From Chrysomallon squamiferum (Eukaryota > Animalia > Mollusca): a DNA stretch of 64,000 nucleotides. Shown here one piece after another: positions 35,039 to 48,409 of the stretch. Position 1 is the first letter of the stretch. The number at the start of each line of letters is the position of its first letter. Both the position numbers and the translations under genes were made by a program. The stretch covers positions 30,132,001-30,196,000 of the forward strand of contig CM022673.1 in assembly GCA_012295275.1 (NCBI GenBank), read 5' to 3'. The notes beneath the pieces are model-generated. The model made no database searches. It worked only from the letters and a program-made list of their open reading frames with translations, and was not told where the DNA came from.

Positions 35039-37089
35039 TAAAGAATATCAATATGATTTTTGTAGCCTTTGACAAATATAACCAGTTTTCTAGGAATTTG
35101 ACGAATGTTAAGATATTTTCTACCAGGGCACCTCAGTAGACCACATCCACTTTAACCATTCTCAGAACGTTACAATATGCATACCAATTTTTATTTTCAT
35201 GAATCCTTTTTCTGAATAACTGTTAAAACTCGATAATTTCAGCCAGATCGGTCTGCTGTTTATTTCTAGAAGTTTCAAAAGCGTGAAAAAAAAGAATTAG
35301 TACATTTTTTTAATGACAAAATAGGTAAGTTTACTAATTTACTATATTTAAGTCATGTTTTAGTAATGAATTGGTATTCAGAGTTGTAAAAGTGTTCTGA
35401 ATGAAGTGACTATACTGAAACGTTTGATAAAAATTGAAATGCACCTTAGTATGGAGCATGTGGGGATACTACTCTGTAAATGGATAAATATCATTTCCTA
35501 TTAAAAATAGTATTGATTTTGTCTTATTTAACTGTTATTGAAATCTAAAATATGTTTTTCTTAAACTTTTTCTTTTGACTTAAGTTATATTTTGCCCGTA
35601 GCCTTCTCCTGTTTTCTGTCCTAAATTTGAAAATACTAAAGATTGTATTGTAATTCTTAACCAAAATATCACACAAATACGTTTGACGCATGCTTATATT
35701 ATTAAACAGAAAAACACTTTTAAAGGGTGCTTGTGAAAATAGTAAATGTGGACCTAATGTTATTTATATATTTTTCTAGATAAAAATACGCAGACGGTCA
35801 ATTACAAGCCATCCATTCTTTAGGACGATGATTTTTTTGTGTGCGGCTGTTTATAGTACATTTTAGTGATAGTTCAAAATCTGATGAAAATGGATGTGAG
35901 AGTTATAATTTAAATCACCAGAGATTTTTGCTGGAGCGAAAACTATTGAATTTGAAAGCGGTTGTTAACAATCTACAATAGGAATATAACTGAATCTGTG
36001 TTAAAACCACCTTTCTTCGGCTGCAAATCAAGACCAAGCAGAACATCCAGGACAAGAAGCTTAATCTACACCGTCTCGCCAACAACAACAACCATACGAC
36101 AACTAGCTTTTTTTATTGATCTACCAGCACACTTACAATACAACAGGAACACCAGCTTTCTCAAACAGAACTGTTGTAATTGTTTTCCAATCAAAAATGT
36201 TTGCCCAACTTCAAACTGGTATTTATAGCTTTGATACCAACCACCATGGCATTGGAACACTTTAGTAAATTTTCGTATGATTAGGCTATAATCCGCTGAT
36301 ACTTTTGGCAGATAAGGGTAATAGAATAGTTTTCTGAAGATTTAATAAATAATTCGATATTTAATTTAATTTTTCTTTTTTTTATTTGAAAGGCACAGTT
36401 CTGCAAATCATAGCTTTTTGCTTTACATTTTTTTCAAAACATTAAAAAAACTATTATCTGCGTCCTTAAATACACATTGCAGTTCATTTGATTCGTTTAT
36501 TAATGTACATTTCAGTAATTAATTTTTAAATATAAAAAAATGAAACACAGCTATTAAAGCTATCCTCTTTTATCTGGATCCAGTGATGGAAGCAGATGGT
36601 ACGTAGTGGGGATCTCTACTTTTATTTTCGAGTTTAACTTCAATTTCTGTACTAGCCAATCAGTTGTAATTTCACTGGATGTAAAATTAGCTTCGTCCTT
36701 TTATATAATTATAATTGCATATTTTACTCACCTGTCATAGCAACATATTAAACTATGTTAGGGAAAATAAAAAGCACAATTTTGTTTTATCGAATTAATG
36801 GTGACGCTAAATAGGTTCATACTACAGTGGTTTGTACAGTGTAAATTTGTCTAACTGTAAGTAGTCCCGTTTTTACATTATTATAGTTTTGTTTACTCAT
36901 TCCTTTTGTAGTTATTCTGTTTTTGATTAATACTACATAAATATGCAATAGAAAAAAGAAACAACAGCTCTGAAAAAGACTTTCAGATTGGCCATTAGAG
37001 AATGATTTATTAATTCATTTTTCTAGACAGTTTATATATTTATATAGCTTGATGATTTCAGGCAACAACGAAATCAATGAGCATATAAA

Positions 37090-37123
<34 letters not shown>

Positions 37124-37920
37124 TGTTAAAATCAATTCTTCAGTATTTAGTATTGGATAATATTTTTGAAAAATCAAAAAGGGTAATTTAAATTGTTTTA
37201 ATATTAAATAATAATTAAAACTGACCTGTGATCGTATAATAACAATCTTAAATGGGTTTTTGTATACGAAAATACAAATGTAAATTTCAGAAATTATAAT
37301 TACATAGTAAATAAATATGAAAATAAACTGAAATGTTTTACGAACTGTTTCAACTTTCTAGACATTTTTAACAGCTTAATACCTTAATTTATGTTACATT
37401 AATTTGAGATATTCTGAAATATAAATGTATTGTTATATTCTACGGTTTTGGCCAGACATGCGCAGTGTAGACTACCAGCCCGAGCCGTCATGGTCGCAGG
37501 CACATTGTAATAAGAGTGAATAAATACATTAGACGTGCTACACCATTAGTTAGCTTAATATAGTTTCAACTGCGATTGACGAGTCATTTATTTTCAAATA
37601 TTGTTATGTCACTTATGACAATATGCAATAATGTATGTAATAAATAGATATTTAGACAAATTTGTCTGACTATTCAAATATCCATAATTATAGAAAATAC
37701 GTTACTTCTAGCTGATAAACGTCTCAGACTCAATACTAGTAAAGAATATGGACATAAACTGGAATGTACCCCCGACACGTCTATCAATTATGTTTCCTTG
37801 ACGATTATTCAGTATTCAATATCTTGTACCAGAACCACTGAAAAGAACTGCAAACTGTATACAAAACAACATTTTGTCTCAGAATTAAAAATATTCTCTA
37901 ACTGCCATGTGTGTGTATAC

Positions 37921-37962
<42 letters not shown>

Positions 37963-38739
37963 TTCTGATGGAGAGATAAATATGTGTGATATCAGACAGA
38001 TAAATCAAACAATGATTCATGGTAGCTAAAAAGGAGTTATCGGACTTTACTGTTAAAATTTTTATTTATGTAGATTATCTCATTCCAGTAATAAGGAGAG
38101 TGACAGCTAAACAGTAAACAGATTTACAGCATATTTTATTATTTTACATTAACCTAAAATATATAATATCTTTTCGTTTTCTTTCTTTGATCTCCTCACC
38201 ATAACCATGAAGTAAAATAAATCATTTTATTCTTAAATGAAATGTGAGAAAATATTGTATTTCATTCTGAAATATATTTTAGTCTTATTTTATACAGTCG
38301 GACACACGAAACTGGAAATTGTTAAAATTTACGTTAGTTATTCAAAAGATAAATATCAACATACTGCTACATAATTAAATGAAATATTGAATTACCACTA
38401 CAACAAGGAATATATTTTAGAACTGACAACAACAGAAAAATGTGAAATATCCATCATTTCATCGTTAAAAAAGTTTTATATCGGACTAAACAGACACGCA
38501 TATATTTATGCATGCATGCATGTATGTATTTACTTTTAACGTTATATATATACGACTGTATTTCGCAGTATCTGTATGTGTATGTGTATCTCTGAATATA
38601 TGTGATTGTGTATGTGACATATATGGGTATGTTGCTGAGTTTATACTCTGGAAAAAAAAAAAAAAGAAAGACAATCAAAATAAAAGTATCATTGAATAAG
38701 GGCAAGGTTAAGAAGATATTTAACAAAATTTTACTTCAG

Positions 38740-38995
38740 GATATGCAGCTCCGCGATGTGTTAAAGTGAAACTTGTTATTTTGTTACTTAAATTTTCTTA
38801 GTCTTGTAAATATATTAGATGATTATTTTTTTATTTCCATTAGAAAGAAGGGCTTGGAAGTGGTTACAAGTATGAAATCTGCCAATGTAAAAACATCGTT
38901 GTTGCAGTTATCATGTGAAAATTGATTGTTTTTCTGGCGATGTTTTTATCCTTTTTGATAGTGGAAAATATGAACTCATTATAAAAAACTTATTA
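38740..38995 (+). pseudogene. Hog-gene paralog remnant 2: putative exon 2 and decayed exon 3
   Basis: 38927 onward reads CFSGDVFILFDSGKYELIIKNL versus CFPGDAAVFTDSGRYERMKNL in the intact gene. Upstream in the exon (acceptor at 38843): KEGLGSGYKYEICQCK/frameshift/HRCCSYHVKID. Candidate exon 2 at 38740-38765 (GYAAPRCVK) has the same phases (1 to 0) as the intact exon 2. Confidence 0.72.
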
Positions 38996-39825
38996 CTTAT
39001 ATTAAGTAATTAGTTTGTCTTGTTATCTTTTGACTTTCTCTACGTAAACTAGTGTGATTTTTCTTTTATTTATTCTTTATTTCTGTTTTCTTCTTCTTCT
39101 TCGTTTATTCTTCTTGTTTTTTCAGTTAACTTTTTCCCGTTATCGCATTAAAATAGGTAATAATTTACTGCACGATCATTTCTTTTAATAAAAGAGTGCA
39201 AAAAGAATTATTTAGAAGTGAAATGGGAGCGGGAACACTGTTGCTACGCTATACGTTATTGTTGTCATACACTTGCAACGTTCACTTGAAAGCCTGTTAG
39301 AAACAAGATATAGGGCACTGAACATAATGGACTATGGCACAGCTAAAGTTTACGAACATCCATCATTATTTTTATATGCTCTTAGTTATAGTGCGTTACG
39401 TTACTGATTTAACATACATCCATCCTTCCATTATCTGAAGGACTGACTTATGATCAGTGTCATGGCCAGTTATCATTTATGATTCTGGTGGACAATAATG
39501 TGGCTGGTGGTCTTTCTGTTTCTGTTTTAGTATCCTGAAGTTATGACCGTAATTTTAAACTATGAAATTTGTTGATATACAGGTTCTAGCTTTCCTTAGT
39601 GGGATATTTACACAAAATAAGAAGGTTAGGTCATTCATTATTTAATTATATTTAAATAGAAAAGAAACGAAGTATATTAACATGCACATGATCAGAAGGA
39701 GTTCGAATTTCTCTTCTTTTTTTAAATATTGAAAATTAAGATATTTGTGGAATATAGTATGAATATTAACAGTCAGAAATGAATTCAAAACTTTTCCGGT
39801 GAATTAAATCATCTAGAATGCAAAA

Positions 39826-39911
<86 letters not shown>

Positions 39912-40001
39912 TATAATAATAATAGTAATAATAATAGTAATAATAAAACGTCCGAGTTCGAATCACAAAATGAACCGTGATACATTTACAAAAAAAAGGT
40001 A

Positions 40002-40043
<42 letters not shown>

Positions 40044-40451
40044 CCATAACAACAATAACAACAACAACCAAAAATAAAAAAAAAAAAAAAAAATTGACAA
40101 AATTGACGAGTTTGGATATAATTACATAAATCAAATGTAAAAAAAAAAAATGTTTGGATCAGGGCTGTGTTAGTTCTTGTCATGATACAGATTTTTTAAA
40201 ATAAAAAGAAAAGAAACCAAGCAACAAAACACCTCTTCTGTTATTGATGCCTTTCCATTTTTTGACTTCATACATTCTTTTTTCTATTCTGTGACTTAAA
40301 AAAAAATGAAAATTCAGTCAGAATGGCAGTTAGAGGATGTTTTATTAAATCTAAAACAGACTTTATTGTTGTTGGTTTTTTTTCTTCTGTGGATCTGTGA
40401 GACGCTACCAGTTATTAGGTGCGAGGTGTTGCATCTTTAAATTATGCACAC

Positions 40452-40482
<31 letters not shown>

Positions 40483-40545
40483 TGTATTATGTATGTATGT
40501 ATGTATGTATGTATGTATGTATGTATGTGTATGTATGTTTGTATG

Positions 40546-40588
<43 letters not shown>

Positions 40589-40639
40589 GTATCTAAACAC
40601 CTTATTGATAAAAATATAGGTGACAGTACTTCTCTCTGA

Positions 40640-40990
40640 GGTAGTCCATGGCGCAAGGATATTTTCTTGATGTGTTGGCTGTCAACAATTACTGATGCCT
40701 TCGATTACGTAGATTCGACCTGTATATCTTGCAACATAAAATGTTTTTTCTGTAGCTTTGCTAAGCAAACCATCTTTGCTGACCTTATCAAAGGCCTTTC
40801 CCGGATCAATGAACGAGAAAAGAACAACCTTCTGTGCTTGTAAAGCATCTTCGATTACTTGTGACAGGCATGTGACCTGGTTTTCTGTGCTGCAGAACCC
40901 TTTAAATCCTGCTTGTTCTTGAGTCATGACGTTCTCATTGTCAGAGAACAGCTGAGGCCAATGGTTGGTGATGCATTTTGCATCGCGCAG
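40640..40990 (-). mobile_element. Non-LTR retrotransposon reverse transcriptase fragment
   Basis: EQAGFKGFCSTENQVTCLSQVIEDALQAQKVVLFSFIDPGKAFDKVSKDGLLSK matches the LINE RT pattern QxGFR..ST..Q...D..KAFDxV..GLL.KL. Confidence 0.88.
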
Positions 40991-41906
40991 TATTACCTAG
41001 CAGTTTAAGCATTTCATTAGTAATACATTCCTGACCTAAAGATGTCTAGTTTTTTCAGTGAATTGAAGGAAATAATTCTTAGTACAATTCCCTTGTTCAG
41101 TCGCATCTTTGGTTTAACATTTGCTTATAAACTCCAATCCCATGTTCAGACAGCTATTCAGAAACATCTTTACCAAAGTGACTTCTTAATTCTTATTGAA
41201 GTGAAATTCAGTTTCTGCTCCATTTACATTCACATCACCAAATGTGTAATTTTTATAAGTACTTCACACTGTAACTCATGTTTATGTTCTTGTATTCTTA
41301 ATGAATTTTCATTTTAAAGTGCTTTGAGCCCCACTATCAGGAGTCACATTTTTATCATATAGCCGCTACTAGCACTAAGATACTGAAGAGAACTATAATT
41401 AAAAGAAAACATATAAATCCGCAAGATATTACATTTCAGTTTTCCTAATTTACCTTTCTGAATGTATTTCATCTTCTAGATCACTATGCTTAATTTGGAT
41501 TAAAAACTCTATTTATAGTACACGTAGAAGTGAAGTTACGAATTCTCAAAAGACATTTTGAAGTTTGTGTCACTGAATATAGGCTAAACGATCTACAATT
41601 ATAATTAGGAGTCAAACCTCTATTTACCAAACAGAATAACACTTTTGAGTTCCTAGAACAGTCAGATACAAATGTTAATCCAGAAAAAATGAAAGTAAGA
41701 ATGAGAAATAAACATATAATAACACAATGAGTGAATTTGATTAATTTCAATTTTTTGGGCAATATTAATAAATCACATTCTTCTGAGACCTTTGAACAAA
41801 ATGATCTCATTTACGAAAGACTGATTCTGCAGAGTCTAGTGGTTTATAAACTAATAATTTGTAGGTATTCAAAACAGAATATTTTTATTATTGTATAATA
41901 CTTGTG

Positions 41907-41958
<52 letters not shown>

Positions 41959-42189
41959 TGAAGTCTGTGCAATTTTATATTCGCAAGTAAACATTAAAAA
42001 CACTGTAGCGAATTAGTGACACCACAGTCTGGTAACACTACTATTCCTGAAATATCCCAAGGTTGATAACTGAAGTCCTAGGCTATACTGATTTATCTTT
42101 TTTAAATGGTTTAAATTTTTTAAATTTACATAATTCATCTTGTCATAGTAACCTGACTATCTGCATCGTTACATTTTGGTTGAGAATGA

Positions 42190-42290
42190 AGGAGGCGTGG
42201 TTATTTTTTTATTAATAATAACATTAATCTTTTTTTTTAGGTAGACAAAAATATAAAAGCAAAGAGTGATTCGCCGCGCAGTATAAAGAT
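42190..42290 (+). promoter_or_regulatory. Putative core promoter of the Hog gene
   Basis: GC-box-like GGAGGCGTGG 42191-42200; TATA-like TATAAAAG ~42252 and GTATAAAG ~42281, about 120-150 bp upstream of ATG 42401. Confidence 0.4.
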
Positions 42291-42400
42291 TATAGAGAAG
42301 TGTTTAACAGTAAAATATTAATCTAACAGCAACAACGCTCGTCCGAAGTGGAACTTCAAATAGTATATATAGAAATACAATAATAGAAACTGTTAAAAAC

Positions 42401-42452
42401 ATGTGTCAGCTTTTGTATCTTTTATGTATTCTTGTGTTATCATCATCCGAAG
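42401..42452 (+). CDS. Hog gene exon 1 (signal peptide)
   Basis: aaaacATG TGT CAG CTT...GAA G|gtaag; MCQLLYLLCILVLSSSE. Confidence 0.8.
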
Positions 42453-44044
42453 GTAAGATTATGAGTATTTATTTAAAGATGCCCTAAACGCTGTGTAAAA
42501 CATGCTATGTGAAATAATGACGGGGAAGGAAACACGCTATCATACTTGATATATATAGGTACAGGTATGTATGTATGCATACATATACGTGTCTGGTAAC
42601 GTACATGCATATGTATTTATGTATGTATGGATGGATGGATGGTTGAATGTAAGTAAATTCAATATGCATCAATGTTTGTATGAATGTACGTATGTATGGA
42701 TTTCTTTCTTTCTTTCATTATTTATCAGTATGTGTTTGTGTTTATACTGAGAAAAAGCAGAGAAAGAAAATCAGCGTTTGTCTGAATGAATGTATGAGTA
42801 ACGGTGTATTTAATACAATACTTACTTTGTAGACATTAGTTTCAGGACAGAGCATATATAAGGACTGTGGTGAAAGAAGTCTTTCGGTATGTTCATACTT
42901 ATAATAATTACCAGTTTCTCCTGACCTTTAAAATTAATTGTATCTTATTTATTTATTTATTTGTTAATTATTATTGTTAGCTTCAGGGCGATCATGTGTA
43001 GTACTACAGTATACATTAATAATCTTTGTTAATTATATATGAATAAATATCATATAATGGTTGAAATCATTTGCTATGATGAAGATAAATTATATATTAT
43101 TTTTATAAATAAAATTAACGGTAATTTTAAAAAAAAGTAATCAATAAAGCTCTATTCAGATACAAAGTTTTAGTGTTAGGCACTAAAATGTACCTCTGTT
43201 TTAGCCGTATGTTCAAACGTCTGACATTACCATTTAATTGATTAATATAACCAGTTATCAAATCTACAAACAACATTTTAAAGCCCCCCCCAAAACGTCT
43301 GATTGAATCGATCTTACTTTTTAAGTATATGCCTATTCTTTTTTTATTTTTTTTTTTGTCATAATAAAATTGTTCCTTTTGTTATTTCTGCTAGGAAGCA
43401 TATTGTGTGTGTAATGGTAACGAAGCGGTGGAGTGTAAATGCGGATGCGATCCTCAGAATCTTCGCAACGGACCATGTTGTTGCGACTGCAGATCACCGT
43501 CATCTTCCAGCGGTGGCTGTTTTCCTGGCGATGCCGCTGTTTTCACTGACAGTGGCAGATACGAACGAATGAAAAATCTTGTTGTAGGACAAAGAATTCT
43601 GTGTGGTGAGTTACGAATCTTTTTATATTATATACTTGCTGTTCTCACAAAAATGAGAGACGGTCTACTTCTATAATTTATATATATTATCAGTTTCGCA
43701 GAAAACTAAATATGATAGCATAGGGCACTGTATACAATAAGGTTGGTGCTGTAGGCATACTTACAGATTTTTGACGTTTTATATTAAGATTATAGACATC
43801 ACTAGATACATAAGATAAAAAAAACTAGCAGATATATATTTGAATATATTTTTTCACAGTCTTCATTATATGCATACACCCAAATAAACATATGCCAATG
43901 TTTTTGACCTTTCAAATAAATAAATCAATCAATCAATAATTGCAGTAGTGGTAGTACTTATAGTACTAGAAGTAATAGCAAAAAAAATAATAATAATAGA
44001 CGTTCAGTTTTCTTGAAATATAATGTTTGGTAATAATTTAAACT

Positions 44045-44110
<66 letters not shown>

Positions 44111-45047
44111 GTAATAACAATAAAAAAAATAATAATAATATTTCTTTGTACTGAGAACCAACATTTTATAATCGAATTAGTATATTCCGTCAAAATAACT
44201 CTTCACCATTCCCATTTGTGCTAATCTTGCTTCAGAAAGTTAGCGAACTTGAATATTTCCTACAAATTTTCTTTAGTATTGAATTCAGAACACTGTCCAG
44301 CACGAAACATTTCTTAATACTTCAGAACGTTTTTGACTTATTTATTTTTGATTTTGGTGGATAATACAGTAAATGGAGGTATCAGAAAAGAAAAACAAAA
44401 TTACTAATAATTAAATTAAAAAAGAAGAGTTATCAAATTACTTCTCTGTTACTGGAGTTGTCACTATTCAGATAGAGTAACATCTCCTTCACAATGTTTT
44501 GAATTAAAAAGGTATTCTACTCTTCACTTCAGTACAAAATGGAAAGCGTGTATTTTCTGAAGTCAGAACATTTTTCCGACGCGAATCAGCTCGCAATGCA
44601 ACATTTCTGACACTGATTACAGAAAAAGGTCATCGACTTTCTCTGTCAGAAAAACACGTTGTGTTTACTTCGACAAACAAGTCAACGAACATGAAACCAA
44701 GGTTAGTTTCACTTAATCTTCTGACGTCTGTATTTTGTAACGTTGTTGCAGTCTAATTGTTGGTGTAGATTCAACATTGGCTAGTTACCGTCATTATGCT
44801 AGTTCACGTAGAAGGCTGTTCTAACTCAGTGGAAATGCGATAAGATGAAGAAAGACATTTACTAACAGGGCAGAAACTACGGCTGTCCTGTATAGAAAAT
44901 ATTTTTTAGGTGCAAAAGAAATTAAAGCGCCTATATCATAAAAGTTACATCTTTATATATAAGTTACAGATCTATTGTAGAAAAAATCTGTCAGCAATTT
45001 AACCAATTCTCTTTGATTACAAATATGTTGATGTATTACACATTCAC

Positions 45048-45085
<38 letters not shown>

Positions 45086-45426
45086 ATTTAATAGCAAATA
45101 TCTTTCTTGGTAATATATTAAATAAACTTACTGGTGTCGTCAAGTTAGCTTAAGAACAACTACAAAAAATCAAAGTTTAATGTTTGAATCGAGAACAGCA
45201 GAAAGAACTTTAATACAAACGTGAATATTTTCAACCCAGCATTCCCCTTCATATCTGAAGAAAAGTAGTACTGAATTACTTTTTTACAAATTACTAAGAC
45301 AGACTTTGTTTTATTCAGGTTAGCTAGAGCTGTGAAACCAGGCGATTACATATTTAGCACTGAAAATTGCCCTGTTGATACATGCCAAGAACGAGTTCTA
45401 CAAATCTTTGTTTCTAAAGAACAAGG

Positions 45427-45466
<40 letters not shown>

Positions 45467-45504
45467 TACTACTACTACTATTACTGCTACTACTACTACT
45501 ACTT

Positions 45505-45555
<51 letters not shown>

Positions 45556-45987
45556 TTATTATTATTACTGAAATAACTGTTATCACAGCTAAACTAAATT
45601 TGAAAATATTTCTAACCTAGGTTTATGTACATTTACTTTTATTACTGTTTAATGTAGTAGCAGTATTCGCAGTAGTTTTAGTAAGAACAGCTAATAAATA
45701 AGAATATATCAGTATACAGAGAGAGAGAGAGATCTGGTTTGTAATATTATGCATTTATTAAATTGATTTCAGGTATGTATGCTCCTCTGACGAACACGGG
45801 AACAGCGGTTGTTAATGGCATTCTGGCTTCTTGCTTCGGAAAAATTATTAATATGGACGCAGCACACTTGATAGTTTTTCCCTTGCGATGGTTTCCTTGG
45901 CTGTTAGAGCCGTGGCAAAAAGGTGGTTTGAGTCCAGTTTTGTCAGCTATGGAATACCTCATACCTAAGAGTTGGTTCGGCCGATAG
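42401..45987 (+). CDS. Secreted hedgehog-related Hog-domain (Hint + SRR-like) protein with a short 10-Cys N-terminal domain, 264 aa
   Basis: Exons 42401-42452, 42846-42886, 43395-43605, 44533-44701, 45319-45425, 45773-45987 (795 nt, all GT-AG, phases consistent). Signal peptide MCQLLYLLCILVLSSSEG; QSIYKDCGERSLSEAYCVCNGNEAVECKCGCDPQNLRNGPCCCDCRSPSSSSGG|CFPGDA..; FSEVRTFFRR; LSLSEKHVVF; ARAVKPGDYI; GMYAPLTNTGTAVVNGILASCF; AAHLIVFPLRW. Confidence 0.93.
42846..42886 (+). CDS. Hog gene exon 2
   Basis: tttcag|GA CAG AGC...TCG|gtatgt; GQSIYKDCGERSLS; bridges phase 1 to 0. Confidence 0.75.
43395..43605 (+). CDS. Hog gene exon 3 (Cys-rich domain and G|CF autocleavage site)
   Basis: ctag|GAA GCA TAT TGT...TGT G|gtgag. 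Confidence 0.92.
44533..44701 (+). CDS. Hog gene exon 4 (Hint core, S-x-x-H motif)
   Basis: VQNGKRVFSEVRTFFRRESARNATFLTLITEKGHRLSLSEKHVVFTSTNKSTNMKPR; ttcag| and |gttagt. Confidence 0.92.
45319..45425 (+). CDS. Hog gene exon 5
   Basis: LARAVKPGDYIFSTENCPVDTCQERVLQIFVSKEQ; donor G|gtcatt at the same position as the paralog's G|gtaatt. Confidence 0.9.
45773..45987 (+). CDS. Hog gene exon 6 (Hint C-terminus and SRR-like tail)
   Basis: GMYAPLTNTGTAVVNGILASCFGKIINMDAAHLIVFPLRWFPWLLEPWQKGGLSPVLSAMEYLIPKSWFGR*; AATAAA at ~46049 and ~46070. Confidence 0.94.
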
Positions 45988-46228
45988 AGTCAGCTTCATA
46001 ACCTGCCTTTATTGTATTTGAGTTTTGAAAAAGTAAAATTCTGGAGAAAATAAATTCAGCTTAAAGACTAATAAATTTTGTTTAAGTGTTAGTTAAAAAT
46101 TTGACCCTGAAGTTTGCTAAATATATTTAAGGGAAAATTCGTACGGAAAAATACTCAAACACACACATATACAAGAGAGGCGGAAAAAACCGAAAGACGA
46201 AATAAAGAAGTCTAAGCTGTTTTTATAA

Positions 46229-46377
<149 letters not shown>

Positions 46378-46496
46378 GTCTAAGTATTTCTGTAAGCTGC
46401 ATATCTGCACTGCGACATAATTAAATATGTATACATATTATTTATTTAATGATTATCTAATATGGTCCTAATTATTTATTGTGAGAGAGAGTTGTA

Positions 46497-46825
46497 ATTA
46501 AATCTGTGGAACTATTAAATGACAAAATTTATATCATTTATTCAGAAGACAAATTATGTGTTGTTCCAGTAGCTGATACAAGTAAGACTAGAGCAATACA
46601 GAGAGAGAAATTTACAAGTTGATAACGCGATAGAATTTTTGCTGGTACAGTCACGGTTTAAATCAATCAGACAATCTGCTTCCTCGATAGACACTCAAAT
46701 TGTTCCTCGTGTTGAAGCTTCCTGACATGAACCTGAAATTAACGATCATAAATAAAATTATCTTTTTAGTTTGTAATTGAGAGAGAGAGAGAGAGAGATA
46801 GATATATAGATAGATAGATAGAGAG

Positions 46826-46860
<35 letters not shown>

Positions 46861-46861
46861 G

Positions 46862-46944
<83 letters not shown>

Positions 46945-47316
46945 TAAGTTGATAACGCGACTTTTTAAAAAAAATTTTACCTACAAAAAAAAAAAAAAAA
47001 AAAAAATTGCGCAAAAGGATAAATATATTTGCATCACAGTTAATGACCTTAAATATGTTAAAATATATTAATGCATGTGATATACGATCAAACGAGGTAT
47101 GCTTGACTGACTGGTTTATTAAATTAAATCATTATTTTTTTTCTACATCAAACGCTGCACTTAATTTATATATTTTATGGTAACATATTTTTATGAGCAT
47201 AATGAACGACATTGCATGCAAATTTAAGCGTTTCTGTGTAGGGATGTGCCAGTACGTGTGTCTTACTTCATCATGAGCGAAAAAAGTCTGAATTCATTTA
47301 TTGAAAATTATCTTTT

Positions 47317-47405
<89 letters not shown>

Positions 47406-48321
47406 GTCTGACATTTTCAGCTTAAATGAATCTGAGATATAACTTATATTAATTTACATATTTTAGTAGCCATTAAATCTGTGGAACTATTAAATGACAA
47501 GATGTATATAGTTTACTCAGGAGATGAATTATGAATATAGTGTTGAATTACTGTGTTATTCCAGTAACAGATGCAAGTAACACTAGAGCAATGTATTTTT
47601 TTTATATATATTAAATGGCAGAAAAAAAGAATGTATTAAAAATACAAGGTGGAGAAAAATTTCAAATACCGAGCATTAGTTGTGTGAAATTAATGATTGT
47701 ACGAGAAACAAATATCAAAGTTCTACGCATATTTATTTAGACATACCTATGTCACCAATGTTTAGTTTGAATTCTAATTAGTGAACAAAATGCAAAACAA
47801 TTACAACTAAGAGGTGTTACCAAGACTGGTGCGAATCTTTTATTTATAGTTTATAAAAGTGAGTGAGGTGTTGAATGGATCTCTAGTAGGATTTCAGCCG
47901 GTCACTTTAACAGTTTTGAAAAAATTTAACTTAAAAAACCCCCACCCAAAAAAAACCCAACAACAACATAAATAACAAAAAACAAAAACATACAACTAAT
48001 ATACTAGAAGCATCTGAAATGTTGATGATGTCTTTGAATGGAACACAAACACATTTGTCAATCGAACAGAAAAGCGAGATTTTAGTGAATCTGGAAACTG
48101 TGAATAGGCAACAATGATTTCAGAAGAGTAAATGGATTCAGATGTATTTTTTTTTCTTTATGATGGGATTAGTTGTCCGAACCCAACATCTAATTTAACT
48201 GAAACTTTGACTAGGAAGACCCTCCTACACATACACCCAGAAACACAGAGGAACTGCCACAGTCGCCATCCAAGATAGACCATCCAAGTTCTTATGCGCA
48301 CACCATTCTTCCGGGGGGTGG

Positions 48322-48409
<88 letters not shown>

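Noticed and set aside
41060-41260. Possible pogo/CENP-B-type transposase N-terminal relic on the minus strand
   Set aside because: Too degraded, with multiple stops and frameshifts, to support
45426-45571. Poly-tyrosine extension of Hog exon 5
   Set aside because: Intronic (TAT)/(TAC) repeat; the paralog confirms a donor at 45425/45426
42401-45987. Calling this gene hedgehog (hh)
   Set aside because: No Hedge signalling domain and no N-terminal CGPG; only the Hog module is shared
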